The translations under genes were made by a program, and so were the position numbers. Positions 53,306-62,957 of a DNA stretch of 64,000 nucleotides are shown piece by piece. Location: positions 64,001 through 128,000 of IMG/VR virus record IMGVR_UViG_3300025133_000022; one strand, written 5' to 3'. The notes below the pieces were generated by a model. It did no database searches. It was not told the origin of the DNA and saw only the letters and a list, made by a program, of their open reading frames with translations. Origin of the DNA: a virus. Each line of letters starts with the position of its first letter. Within the stretch, counting starts at the first letter, position 1.

Positions 53306-54169
53306 ATGAATATGAATAAAGAAATGGCACTTGAGCAATGGGGCAAGCCCCAAACAGTAGACAGGGACGGCTTCGTACGCCTTGTAGACTACATGGGCAA
53401 CGATACAGCTATCACAGATGCTGCACGAGTTAGTTACGGAGCTGGCACCAAGACTGTTCGAGAAGACACTCAGCTACTACGATTCCTGATGCGTAACGAA
53501 CACTTTAGTCCGTTCGCCATGTGTCAGGTGAAGCTGCACGTACGCTTGCCTATCTTTGTGCATGCGCAATTTGTCAGACACGACAGGTTCCATTGGAATG
53601 TAATGAGCGCCAGATACTCTGAAATGCCTACTAAGAGTTGGCAGCCTGGAGTAAAAGACATACGCGGGCAAGGCAAAGGTAATAAGCAGGTTGGAAACGG
53701 TAAGATGAGCTGGGATGAACAAAACAAAGCCCAGCTAGACATCTCAAATGCCTACCATGTGGGCAGGCTAGCCTATAAGACACTTCTTAAAGATGGAGTG
53801 TGTCGAGAACAAGCGCGAACCGTACTTCCCATGGGTCAGTACACAGAAGCATACGTCACAGCCAATCTGGGTGATTGGCTACTGTTCCTGAAAGCAAGAC
53901 TGAGTTCCCATGCTCAGTTAGAAATCGGGTTATTCGCCGAGGCTATCTTCAAAATGTTCAAAGACCTGTTCCCCGTCACTATGGAAGCTTTTGCTGACTA
54001 CCAGCTGTGTGGAGTAAAAATGTCTGCGCAGGAAATGGAGTGGATTCGTGATGCCCTCAGCCCAATGGTTGAAGTGCTTAAGGACAATCCAAGCACCAGA
54101 GCCAACAGCCTCTCCGGGTCTATCAAGAACAAGAGAGAACGCCTTGACTTCTGGAGAAAGATCACGTGA
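53306..54169 (+). CDS. thyX: Flavin-dependent thymidylate synthase
   Basis: GFVRLVDYMG.D..I..AARVSYG; EHFSPF; PIFV..QFVRH...SARY; REQARTVLP; R....AQLEI. Confidence 0.9.
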   Translation: MNMNKEMALEQWGKPQTVDRDGFVRLVDYMGNDTAITDAARVSYGAGTKTVREDTQLLRFLMRNEHFSPFAMCQVKLHVRLPIFVHAQFVRHDRFHWNVMSARYSEMPTKSWQPGVKDIRGQGKGNKQVGNGKMSWDEQNKAQLDISNAYHVGRLAYKTLLKDGVCREQARTVLPMGQYTEAYVTANLGDWLLFLKARLSSHAQLEIGLFAEAIFKMFKDLFPVTMEAFADYQLCGVKMSAQEMEWIRDALSPMVEVLKDNPSTRANSLSGSIKNKRERLDFWRKIT

Positions 54170-54411
54170 CACTCGAGGACTTTAATGAAGCCTGGAGCAC
54201 CTACTGCCGAGAAGCTTCTGCATTAGCCTCCAGGTATTCAGGACAATCAAAGACCGAGCACTTACTCAATCAAATGTATTGCGAGTACGCGACACTGCAC
54301 CAGAGATTTATCAAGCAAGGCTGTAGCCTAGCCTTCATCTGGCCTAGGTTCCATGGAGTCGACAAGGCTAGCTTTGAACTGATGGTAAACCCTGTGCGGA
54401 CTCACGAATAG
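54166..54411 (+). CDS. Hypothetical protein
   Basis: GTGA overlap. Confidence 0.5.
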   Translation: MTLEDFNEAWSTYCREASALASRYSGQSKTEHLLNQMYCEYATLHQRFIKQGCSLAFIWPRFHGVDKASFELMVNPVRTHE

Positions 54412-54419
54412 GAAAAACA

Positions 54420-54866
54420 ATGGATAGCAAACAAATCGACAACGAATTAAAAAAAATTGAGAGAGAAATCAAATACCTAAAACGTTTACTGGAAAACAGA
54501 AGATTCTTATCTGAATCACCAAGTGTGGTTTTAAGCGAAACCAAAAACAGACTTGAGTCAGCAGAATGTCGCAAAGCCAGCTTACTCCAGCAACCAGAAG
54601 CAAAGACTTTCCAAAAATCTATCACTGGGTACAAAATCACAGCTACTAAGGAACCCGTTCAGTGGGGTCCTATTGAGATTAACAGCGAGCAAAAGCGAGA
54701 CCCTGACTTGATTAAAATATACTTCAAGCAACGAGGTGCAAGTAAGAACGGGAACGGCTACAAGCGTGGAGCTGCTCTAACTCTAACTGAAGAAGCACTG
54801 GAAAACTTGATGAGCCACATTCCAGAGCACGGAACCTACCCTCATCTACGACTAGAGAGACAGTAA
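54420..54866 (+). CDS. Protein with an N-terminal ValRS C-terminal-arm-like coiled coil
   Basis: LKKIEREIKYLKRLLENRRFLSESPSVVLSETKNRL matches the L.K...EI.....KL.N..F..KAP..VV..E..KL pattern. Confidence 0.55.
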   Translation: MDSKQIDNELKKIEREIKYLKRLLENRRFLSESPSVVLSETKNRLESAECRKASLLQQPEAKTFQKSITGYKITATKEPVQWGPIEINSEQKRDPDLIKIYFKQRGASKNGNGYKRGAALTLTEEALENLMSHIPEHGTYPHLRLERQ

Positions 54867-55168
54867 TGACTAAAAAAACACTCATTCTAACTCCTATTAG
54901 TGGTGCTGACGGGCAGTTAATTCAAGTAGGAGACAACATTGTCTGTACTAGAAAAAACAGTGGTGTTTTGTTTTTTGGCATATATCAGGGATTCACTACC
55001 TCTGACAGCACTAGTCGCAAACAGTATGACTTCCCTAACAACATCAATAGAAGCTATAGATTCTATTATAAATGGAATACGTATGATCATGAGTACATCT
55101 GTGAAAAGGAATGGTGTTTGCCAAACTCTGTAGTAGAGCCAAAAGCCAGAAGAATGTTGAAAAGATAA
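54866..55168 (+). CDS. Hypothetical SH3-like protein
   Basis: GADGQLIQVGDNIVC. Confidence 0.55.
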   Translation: MTKKTLILTPISGADGQLIQVGDNIVCTRKNSGVLFFGIYQGFTTSDSTSRKQYDFPNNINRSYRFYYKWNTYDHEYICEKEWCLPNSVVEPKARRMLKR

Positions 55169-55180
55169 ACAAGTGAGAAA

Positions 55181-55738
55181 ATGAAAACCATTGTAATTAA
55201 TCTATTTGGAGGTCCGGGTGCTGGCAAAAGCACCCTAGCCTCCGAGTTGTACGTGCTGATGAAACGCCAGGGCCTATCAGTTGAGCTCGTACGAGAGTAC
55301 GCAAAAGACTGGGCATACCAAGACAAGCACATCGACACCCTGATGAAACAAACATACATCCTTGCCAAGCAAGCTCAACGAGAGTCCAGCCTGTATTGGA
55401 AAGTGAAGTACATCATCACCGACTGCCCTATGGCTCTGAGTGGATTCTATGCTCAAAAGTATCTTGGTACACCAGCCATGAGCGTACTGATGCTGGAATT
55501 CCTACGAGAAGCTGAACGCGCAGATATTAAGCACGTGTACTTCCAAGTACCAAGAAAGAAAGAATACAACCCAAATGGCAGGTACGAAAACGAGGCTGAT
55601 GCTATCGCTATTGACCAAGAACAAGCCACATACTTCGGGAACTTCTTCAACCCCATAAAACTGGAGGGACCAGACAACGAGTTGGCCCTCCAGATCTATC
55701 ACACACTAAGGATTCAAGAACAATGCACGCAATGCTAG
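55181..55738 (+). CDS. P-loop NTPase (NadR/AAA_28-like kinase)
   Basis: INLFGGPGAGKST; ELVREYAKD; IITDCP. Confidence 0.8.
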   Translation: MKTIVINLFGGPGAGKSTLASELYVLMKRQGLSVELVREYAKDWAYQDKHIDTLMKQTYILAKQAQRESSLYWKVKYIITDCPMALSGFYAQKYLGTPAMSVLMLEFLREAERADIKHVYFQVPRKKEYNPNGRYENEADAIAIDQEQATYFGNFFNPIKLEGPDNELALQIYHTLRIQEQCTQC

Positions 55739-56253
55739 ATATTGAGACACTGGGTACTGGTCCAGACGCCCCTGTGCTTAGCGCAGCAGTTGTCTTCTTT
55801 GACCCAGAAACAGAAAAGACATTCGAACAGGCAAAATTCATATTCAATGTAACTTTGCAAACTACTCGAGTCATTGATTTCACCACCGTCACATGGTGGA
55901 TTAACCAAAGCCCAGAAGCCAGAGCTCACTGGATGAATGTAAAAGAATACAATACCCTCGAACAATTCGTGCAGTTTTGCGAAACCCATAGCAAAGTAAC
56001 TTGGTGGGCTAACAGTCCAGCATTCGATGAAGTTATCATGAGCTCGTTGCTCCGTGACGCTGATGAACGAGTTCCTTGGAAATTCTGGACCTGGCGTGAC
56101 GTCAGAACCATTAGGAACTTCCTATTCAACCAAACAAAACCAAACAACAATAACGTGCACGACCCTCTAGCAGATTGTCTTGCTCAGATCGAACTTGTGA
56201 ATAGGTTTTATGCTCAGCAAGCCATGGTAGCCATACTCCAGGAGCAAAAATGA
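55723..56253 (+). CDS. DEDDh 3'-5' exonuclease (Rv2179c-like)
   Basis: MLDIETLGT; WANSPAFD; W..RDVRT; H.PL.DC..Q. Confidence 0.85.
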   Translation: MHAMLDIETLGTGPDAPVLSAAVVFFDPETEKTFEQAKFIFNVTLQTTRVIDFTTVTWWINQSPEARAHWMNVKEYNTLEQFVQFCETHSKVTWWANSPAFDEVIMSSLLRDADERVPWKFWTWRDVRTIRNFLFNQTKPNNNNVHDPLADCLAQIELVNRFYAQQAMVAILQEQK

Positions 56254-56855
56254 TTGTACAACACAGCATTGGAAGCGGATTTGTTCCACAAATCACAAGC
56301 ACAATGATCAATAAATTCGAAGTAGTTCATGTAAAGAGTTTTACTCAAGACAGTGCTAAAGAATTTGCAGAAGCCATCGCGAGAGCATGCGAAACAGGTC
56401 AAACCTTCATCCCGGTAGTTGTTAACAGCTATGGTGGTCAAGTCCATGCGCTTATGTCCATGATAGATACTATGGAGGCTTGCAAACTTCCCATCTATAC
56501 GATCGCACAAGGTGTGGCTATGAGTTGCGGTAGCTTTCTTCTAGCTTTTGGCGATCAGCGTTACTCTACTCCGAATAGTACTATTATGATTCATAGTATT
56601 GCTCTTGGAGCCATGGGCAAACTAGCTGATATTGAAAGCAGCACTGCACACGGACGTGTGCTTAGCACTAAGTTATGGAGCAGATTAGATCGACGTTGCG
56701 GACAAAAACAGGGTTTCTTTGAAGCTCTTATGAAAAACAACGAAAATGCTGACCTGTACCTAACAGCCAAGCAGGCAAAGAAATTCAACCTGATTGACAA
56801 GGTCAAGACTCCAGCTGTTCAAATAACAGCTACAGTCACCTATAAATTCAATTGA
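56250..56855 (+). CDS. clpP: ClpP-like serine protease 1
   Basis: VNSYGG; GVAMSCGSFLL (Ser); PNSTIMIH (His); DLYLTAKQA..NLID (Asp). Confidence 0.85.
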   Translation: MIVQHSIGSGFVPQITSTMINKFEVVHVKSFTQDSAKEFAEAIARACETGQTFIPVVVNSYGGQVHALMSMIDTMEACKLPIYTIAQGVAMSCGSFLLAFGDQRYSTPNSTIMIHSIALGAMGKLADIESSTAHGRVLSTKLWSRLDRRCGQKQGFFEALMKNNENADLYLTAKQAKKFNLIDKVKTPAVQITATVTYKFN

Positions 56856-56861
56856 GGAACC

Positions 56862-57431
56862 ATGAAAGAACTACTTAAGAAAGCCATCGCAAAACTAAAC
56901 TCGATTGTTAATAAGCCAACTGGCCCAACAGTCGAAGAATTAATCGCAGACGGCATTAAACAAACAGCAACAAGCTTCAGTGACTCTTATAGTGAAAAAC
57001 AATCACTACTACGCTCTGCTTCACGCCATGCTAGTTTTGCAGGCACAGACATCAGACTGTATATTAGTGATGCGCCATTCGACTTAACGAAGTACACCAC
57101 ATACGAAACCTACAGCACAGCACAATCTATAAGGTGGAATATTGGCCCCAACGACGCAATGGCCAATGGTGTTGTCAAAAGTATTAATTTTGGAAGCTTA
57201 CCACCTGACATTGAAGAGAAATATTTAACAGTTTTTGGTGTCAATGAATATGGTGACTACTCTGTTATTGCTGCCTTTAGAATAGAAAAAGTTACACAAA
57301 TGAATTCTCAGACCTCTGTCGACGATCTCTTCTTAGAACGAAACGTCATGTGGGTTGGCGAATACCTTCGTAATTCGGTAACACAAACAGAAAACTGGTC
57401 AAAAAGGAGTGACAATGACACCAGAAACTAG
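56862..57431 (+). CDS. Hypothetical protein
   Basis: GAGG RBS; 189 aa. Confidence 0.7.
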   Translation: MKELLKKAIAKLNSIVNKPTGPTVEELIADGIKQTATSFSDSYSEKQSLLRSASRHASFAGTDIRLYISDAPFDLTKYTTYETYSTAQSIRWNIGPNDAMANGVVKSINFGSLPPDIEEKYLTVFGVNEYGDYSVIAAFRIEKVTQMNSQTSVDDLFLERNVMWVGEYLRNSVTQTENWSKRSDNDTRN

Positions 57432-57891
57432 CGGATGGAAAAACTATTGGCTTGATGTCAGAAGCCCACTGGCACCCAAAGAAGCAATTGTACTGCATAC
57501 AGACAAAGATCCACATGTAGCCACAGAGGCAATTATAAACGGCTTGTGTGCCGGACTCGCTATACCAAAAAAAGTAGATAAGTGGTGGGGGTACGAGCTA
57601 CACTTTCGTAACGACGATTTGTATTGTATGAAACTACTACACTTCGAGCATGGTGGCTGCACCAGCATGCATTTTCATGTAGGCAAACATGAAACTCTTT
57701 TGGTCGTAAGCGGAGTCCTTACAGTAGAAACCATACACAACAAACAAAGTGTCTTCAGGAGACTAGGGCCTGGGTCGGCCCTAGTCACGCCACCAGGATT
57801 TATACACAGGCTTATTGCTGCAGAAGGTGCGGTGGATATAATTGAAGCCTCAACAAAAGACCATGATGACGACAGTGTAAGAATCGCATAA
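57409..57891 (+). CDS. Cupin, mannose-6-phosphate/lyxose isomerase-like
   Basis: VDKWWGYE...YCMKLL...TSMHFHVGKHET..VVSG...H.L.A...IIEAST. Confidence 0.8.
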   Translation: MTMTPETSGWKNYWLDVRSPLAPKEAIVLHTDKDPHVATEAIINGLCAGLAIPKKVDKWWGYELHFRNDDLYCMKLLHFEHGGCTSMHFHVGKHETLLVVSGVLTVETIHNKQSVFRRLGPGSALVTPPGFIHRLIAAEGAVDIIEASTKDHDDDSVRIA

Positions 57892-57942
57892 CCTTTTCGA
57901 AAGAACGTATTGTCATCAACATAATCAAATGAAGGAGAGAGA

Positions 57943-58260
57943 ATGATCTACAAAAAGAAACACAGTGAGGTGCAAGGCCTCTGGTGTCGCAAGAATAAAG
58001 TATTCTATTATTTTGAATCAGGAGTACACAGCATCAGAAATCCTCTTGATCGCATCAAGAACACCCTAGTTAGTCGAGGGCTCTTGGCGTGGGACATAGA
58101 GGGGACTAAACTCCACGAAGAGCCTGTAGTAAGAATGAGCTGGGCAGAAGCTGAGGAGCGCGGATACAAGGCAGAAGCAATCTACTTTAGCTCACATATC
58201 AAAGCACAAGTTGAGATGGCTCAAGGTGGCAAGAAACCAACCAAGAATCCGTGGGGCTAA
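57943..58260 (+). CDS. Hypothetical protein
   Basis: AAGGAG RBS. Confidence 0.6.
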   Translation: MIYKKKHSEVQGLWCRKNKVFYYFESGVHSIRNPLDRIKNTLVSRGLLAWDIEGTKLHEEPVVRMSWAEAEERGYKAEAIYFSSHIKAQVEMAQGGKKPTKNPWG

Positions 58261-58262
58261 TC

Positions 58263-58496
58263 ATGAACAAACGACAGATTCGAGCACTTGAGGCAGCAGG
58301 ACGATGCACACTATTTGCTATCGAAGACCTAGAGCAAGAGCTACTTGTAATAACGGAGCGAAAAAAACAAATTGTCCAACTGTTAAGCGAAAGGAGAGAG
58401 GAGCTTGCCCTCCTCTCTGACAAGGTATCGCTTAATTTAACTGCACCTACTTGGGTGTCCAGAACAACAACAAATGAACCTAAACCAAAGACTTAA
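58263..58496 (+). CDS. Coiled-coil hypothetical protein
   Basis: ORF track. Confidence 0.5.
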   Translation: MNKRQIRALEAAGRCTLFAIEDLEQELLVITERKKQIVQLLSERREELALLSDKVSLNLTAPTWVSRTTTNEPKPKT

Positions 58497-59355
58497 GTAC
58501 CTTGGTGGACTCATCTTGCTTATTTTGATCTTTAGCTCAGGTTGGCTCTTGCGAGGCATATCAGCAGACTCCAACATAGAGAGTCTGCTGAAGAACCACG
58601 AGATCGAATTGCAAAAAATCAAAGTGGTCCACACACGTAACAGTACATTAATTGAAGAACTAGAGGTTGCTGGTGCTAATCGTGCTGTATTGCTTGATGA
58701 AATCGCTAGTCTGAAAAGCAAGCCTACTGAAATCAGATACATCACCAAGGTAGAAACAATCATAGTGGGCGAACCCACGTTCGTCACCACAGAGTTGCCA
58801 GAATCACACACGTTCCGCACCGATATCGGTCTTGCCGTAGCTGAGTTTTCAGTTGAAGGTGAAAACGATCAGCCGGAGTACGTGTTCGACACCGCTGACC
58901 TCAAAATCGAAGCTGACTTCGTCATTGCTGAGCACGATAGCGCACTTAGCCTACGAATCACCAGCGACCTAGAACCAGGCACCCAATATGAGGTGCCAGT
59001 GGATGAACTAAATGTCAAACACATCAAAGAACAAAAGCTCTTCGACCCCCATGTCCTGCTGGGAGGAAGCATCTCGGCAGGCACAGGAACGATTGGACTG
59101 GCACCTCATGTCGGTCTGTCTCTCCTGCATGCTAGAAGGGGACTCGATCTGGTGCAAATCCGGCTTGGATCTACCGGCGAGCGAACAAATAGCACAACTG
59201 GGAGTGAGTCTAGATTTTCTATCGGGCTCGACCCAGTACTCTACAACATCGGTGACAGCCTGCCTGTCCTCACCAACTGCTGGCTCGGCGGAGGAGCCAC
59301 CATTGACACCAGCGGGCAACTTAGCGGAACCCTCAGTTTCGGTGCCAAACTCTGA
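58474..59355 (+). CDS. Membrane-anchored protein (N-terminal TM, coiled coil, C-terminal beta region)
   Basis: YLGGLILLILIFSSGWLL anchor; amphipathic beta strands at the C-terminus. Confidence 0.65.
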   Translation: MNLNQRLKYLGGLILLILIFSSGWLLRGISADSNIESLLKNHEIELQKIKVVHTRNSTLIEELEVAGANRAVLLDEIASLKSKPTEIRYITKVETIIVGEPTFVTTELPESHTFRTDIGLAVAEFSVEGENDQPEYVFDTADLKIEADFVIAEHDSALSLRITSDLEPGTQYEVPVDELNVKHIKEQKLFDPHVLLGGSISAGTGTIGLAPHVGLSLLHARRGLDLVQIRLGSTGERTNSTTGSESRFSIGLDPVLYNIGDSLPVLTNCWLGGGATIDTSGQLSGTLSFGAKL

Positions 59356-59468
59356 GTACGTTAGCTTCAGCAGCGTCGACATCAAAGCTATCATGGACGG
59401 AAAGGTAGTCGGGGTGTTGCAAGAGATCAAGTACGGCACCCGCGAACCAGTGGGTATTTGGAGGATGA

Positions 59469-59786
59469 ATGAAGATCATAATTGAAATCGACGACAAGGG
59501 AGCAGGCACCTACCAGCAAGACGACGAAGAACCACGTCCATGCACCATGACCAACATGAGCCAAAGCACCGAAGTCAAGCCAATTCACATGTTGGGCTCA
59601 CCAGCTGCTATTGAGTTCCTGAGGAGTCCCAACATGCAAGTTGACCTAAGCCTTCATGTCAGTCTTCCACGTCCTGAGAAAGCTACTCCGCTCCCAGAAA
59701 AGACTGCTTGGCCCCCTGCACAGACTGAAAGCGTCTGGGGCTACCGCAACTACTGCGACTGTGGGATCTGTTACGAGGAAGAGTAA
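59469..59786 (+). CDS. Hypothetical protein
   Basis: GGAGG RBS; C-terminal CDCGIC. Confidence 0.55.
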   Translation: MKIIIEIDDKGAGTYQQDDEEPRPCTMTNMSQSTEVKPIHMLGSPAAIEFLRSPNMQVDLSLHVSLPRPEKATPLPEKTAWPPAQTESVWGYRNYCDCGICYEEE

Positions 59787-60526
59787 TGATGGCGACAGGC
59801 GGACAAGCCTTATCTGAAGAGCGGCTGAGAGCATACTTTAAATGCTCTCAGCTATTTTACTTCGGAGGCACAGCAGAACCTAACTTGCCAAACAAAATGG
59901 CTCAGATCGCTGTGGAATATTACATGAGCAGCAAGCTCAGAAGCCCACAACGTGACAGAGCCTACCTGGTAAGTAAAGCTATTTTGCATGCAGCCAAACT
60001 CTGCAACTTAGACACCAAATATCTGGTTGGCCAACAGCAACAACTGGTTAACCGTACAACCCTGTGGCTTGATGAATTCTTGAAGCTATTTAAAGCAAAC
60101 ATCTACTATCCAGTAACAGGACCTCTGCCTTGGCGAAAAACAATAAGTCGAACAACTATTGATCTAAAAATCAGCGGCATCTTCAGAACAACAAAGAATC
60201 AAACGCTCCATGTAATTTCCTTCAGTCCGTTTAGCGACAGGCAGTCACAAGTAAATGATCCAATTCTACATCTCAAAACACAAGCACTGCAGAACTTTGT
60301 AAAGAACCACCCATCGCGCCCACGAACAACAGTGCATATGTTATGGGTGCAAAGAAATGGAACACTTGGTCATGATTTTATTACTAGCAAATCAATAAAC
60401 CCAGACTATGCAGATGCAATCACAAGAAAAATAAAACAAGCAGAACAAGGAGACTACATACCTTTGCTTCCCTGCCCTTACCAATGCGCCTTCAAAAGCA
60501 AGTGCTACCCAGGAGAAAACAAGTGA
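59786..60526 (+). CDS. Hypothetical protein, possibly a degenerate PD-(D/E)XK nuclease
   Basis: YFKCSQLFY and C-terminal CPYQCAFKSKC resemble the Cas4/AddB-like Cys arrangement. Confidence 0.5.
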   Translation: MMATGGQALSEERLRAYFKCSQLFYFGGTAEPNLPNKMAQIAVEYYMSSKLRSPQRDRAYLVSKAILHAAKLCNLDTKYLVGQQQQLVNRTTLWLDEFLKLFKANIYYPVTGPLPWRKTISRTTIDLKISGIFRTTKNQTLHVISFSPFSDRQSQVNDPILHLKTQALQNFVKNHPSRPRTTVHMLWVQRNGTLGHDFITSKSINPDYADAITRKIKQAEQGDYIPLLPCPYQCAFKSKCYPGENK

Positions 60527-60825
60527 ATACCTTTGGTACTAAATTTATTATCATATCCGATATTGTCCAACCAGTCCCAGGCCTGGCTATAGGCAACCCA
60601 CCTGAACGAGTCATTCACCATGCTACAATTAAGCGTGGGTTCCAAGAATATGTAGTTCTGGCTTCAGCAACATCTGAAAAACTATACCTAAACAAAGTTG
60701 AACGCAACAGAGCTACCTTCGTGCTTCAAGCCATTGAAGACGATGAAGAATACAAGGATCTTGTGGCGTTTCTGACAGCATCAGGAATCTTCAATATGGG
60801 AGGTCCAAAAAAGTATGGCAATTAA
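60523..60825 (+). CDS. Hypothetical protein
   Basis: AGGAG RBS before GTG 60523. Confidence 0.55.
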   Translation: MNTFGTKFIIISDIVQPVPGLAIGNPPERVIHHATIKRGFQEYVVLASATSEKLYLNKVERNRATFVLQAIEDDEEYKDLVAFLTASGIFNMGGPKKYGN

Positions 60826-61237
60826 AAGCAGATGGACAAACCAATTCAAGACTCTAACCAATCAATCCAAATTTCACGAAAAGGTACGCGCCATCCTGCA
60901 AGCAGACACTCTTCTTCGAGGCTTCAGTTGCTACCAAGAAATCCCCGTAAAGGATCTCTGTGAAAACTACCCCGACAACCATTACTTTGATTGGTATATT
61001 GAAGAACTGGGCACCGTAGTTGAGCTCCACGGAGCTCAACATTATAAAGTAGTTAATCGTGGCAATGTCTCGTACGAGCAAGCTCAACAAGACTTTCGTG
61101 GTATCCAATCACGTGACAAAAAGAAAAAGGCTGCTGCATTAGCAGCAGGTCTTAAATACGTAGAAGTCTCCTATAAGGAGTACGCAAAAATAAATGCAAC
61201 CAGATTCAAAGAGTTGCTATTCGAGGTAACAGCATGA
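60815..61237 (+). CDS. Vsr/DUF559-like endonuclease
   Basis: YFDWYI...VVELHGAQHY...RDKKKK..A...G..YVEVSY. Confidence 0.7.
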   Translation: MAIKSRWTNQFKTLTNQSKFHEKVRAILQADTLLRGFSCYQEIPVKDLCENYPDNHYFDWYIEELGTVVELHGAQHYKVVNRGNVSYEQAQQDFRGIQSRDKKKKAAALAAGLKYVEVSYKEYAKINATRFKELLFEVTA

Positions 61238-61899
61238 AGCTCACATCAATTCTATCGAACGATACACCAGAAGAAATGGAAGATGGAGATGTTCTGTCAG
61301 CCCTGTTCGGCAGCACATCTCCTGGTTTCTGGCCAGGCGTTCCATCATTCTATGGCGTAGAAAATCGCGCAGTGCTAATCGCTGGAGAAATCAACGAAGT
61401 AGTAGCCAATAGTGTCATCGCCCAACTGCAACAACTACAAGCAGAAGATCCAGAAGCCCCTATTAGGGTATATGTCAACACTGTCGGAGGCGACGCGGCC
61501 AGTGGCTTCGCTCTGTATGACTGGATGCGTTGCTTAAGTACGCCAATTGTCGGAATTGCATATGGGCGCTGCAGCTCTGCAGGACTACCCATCTTTATGG
61601 GAGCTGACTTGCGATTCAGCACTCCTCGCTGTCGTTTCTTCTACCATGAAGTAGTTGGAGGCATGGGGGTAGCTTCTAGTGCTGAACTTGAAGAAGCATC
61701 CCAAAACTATACCTGGTGTCAAGAAACCATGAAAGATATCTTGATGACCAGATGCAAGAAAATCAACAAAACTTCATGGAAGAAACACTTTGCAGGCAAA
61801 ACCAGCTTCCATTTTGGTACTAAGTTTGCTTTAGAAATGGGCATTATTCATGACCAACTTATAGAAATTAAAAAGAAGGTCACCCTCGAGAAGGAGTGA
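61234..61899 (+). CDS. clpP: ClpP-like protease 2
   Basis: IAGEINE...IAQLQQL...PIRVYVNTVGGD; GRCSSAG (Ser); RFFYH (His); catalytic Asp not evident. Confidence 0.75.
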   Translation: MKLTSILSNDTPEEMEDGDVLSALFGSTSPGFWPGVPSFYGVENRAVLIAGEINEVVANSVIAQLQQLQAEDPEAPIRVYVNTVGGDAASGFALYDWMRCLSTPIVGIAYGRCSSAGLPIFMGADLRFSTPRCRFFYHEVVGGMGVASSAELEEASQNYTWCQETMKDILMTRCKKINKTSWKKHFAGKTSFHFGTKFALEMGIIHDQLIEIKKKVTLEKE

Positions 61900-61902
61900 A
61901 GA

Positions 61903-62277
61903 ATGGCTAGTAGAGGAAGAGGAGCCCGAACAAAGGGCTTCCAATTTGAAAGAGACATTGCTAAAGCCTTCTCCGATACAACAGGAGAAGAATTCAAACG
62001 AGGACTTGGTCAAACAAGAGGGGGTGGGGCTGATGTGCCCGATGTGCTTCCGGCTTGTGGCGTACTCGCTGATCTCATTCATATCGAATGCAAAAGACAA
62101 AAACTATGTAGTATCAAGGGGGCAATGAAACAGGCCGTCGCTGATATCGGCGAATTTACCAAAGTCCCCATAGTGGTAACAAAAGACGATCGCAAGGAAA
62201 CGCTTGTAACAATGAAGTTTCAAGATTTCTTACCAATGTTCAACGCCTGGTTGCAGAACCAAAAACGAGAAACGTAA
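61903..62277 (+). CDS. Holliday junction resolvase (Hjc-like)
   Basis: RTKGFQFERDIAK; PDV; IECKRQ. Confidence 0.8.
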   Translation: MASRGRGARTKGFQFERDIAKAFSDTTGEEFKRGLGQTRGGGADVPDVLPACGVLADLIHIECKRQKLCSIKGAMKQAVADIGEFTKVPIVVTKDDRKETLVTMKFQDFLPMFNAWLQNQKRET

Positions 62278-62957
62278 TGTTGTACAGGATTCTACCTACT
62301 GATTCTAGAGCTATGCCACTGGACTGTACATCTAGAGATTTCGCAATGGAATACCTTGCTTGTAGATTGAATCCAAAACAATCAACAAACAAACTACATG
62401 CATTAGTTATGCCATTTTTTGACCACTGGGTACGCATGCTGGTAGAGCCAGCGTACCCAAAAGATCTTAACTACATCGCCCTATGTCGCAGACTATGCTA
62501 CAAAAGCGAAGACCCGACAGAATTGCTACATTATTATATTAATTGGGCAAACAGAACAAGTTCTGTAAAAGAAGAACTTGTTTTTCTATTCTTTGAAAGG
62601 CTTCGTAACCTTAAATATTATCCAAAACTCGCAAGTCCAAAAATGGCCGAATACGTCATCGCAATGGACTTTCGCAACTATCTAAAAGATAGAATCGTCA
62701 GTAGTGTTAGGCACCCCATTGACATTCCCAACCCTGAGCTTACATTCAACTCGTTAAGAGTTGAAGACACACATCCAGATTACCTACTTCTAAAAACTTT
62801 AGGATTAGATGCCTGGGAAAGCTATGTGCTTGAATTATTGAAGCTGGGCATGAACACAATGGAAATCAGTGTGCTAACAAGACTGCCTAGAAAAACTTTT
62901 GCCAAAGAGGAAAATCAAATATGGCTCAAACTAAAACACAGATGGCAGGAAGCGTAA
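62277..62957 (+). CDS. Hypothetical protein
   Basis: TAATG coupling; possible C-terminal HTH. Confidence 0.6.
   Translation: MLYRILPTDSRAMPLDCTSRDFAMEYLACRLNPKQSTNKLHALVMPFFDHWVRMLVEPAYPKDLNYIALCRRLCYKSEDPTELLHYYINWANRTSSVKEELVFLFFERLRNLKYYPKLASPKMAEYVIAMDFRNYLKDRIVSSVRHPIDIPNPELTFNSLRVEDTHPDYLLLKTLGLDAWESYVLELLKLGMNTMEISVLTRLPRKTFAKEENQIWLKLKHRWQEA

Noticed and set aside
59008-59485. Embedded o-spanin overlapping the membrane protein 58474-59355
   Set aside because: Neither overlapping frame has a signal peptide with a lipobox Cys; only a short 3' ORF (~59342-59485) is plausible.
14295-62437. Most minus-strand and alternative-frame ORFs in the track within the coding region
   Set aside because: They lie antisense or out of frame to genes with recognisable motifs, lack RBSs and have no family signatures. 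Exceptions kept: 26018, 36596, 37322, 37741, 63452 and 63661.
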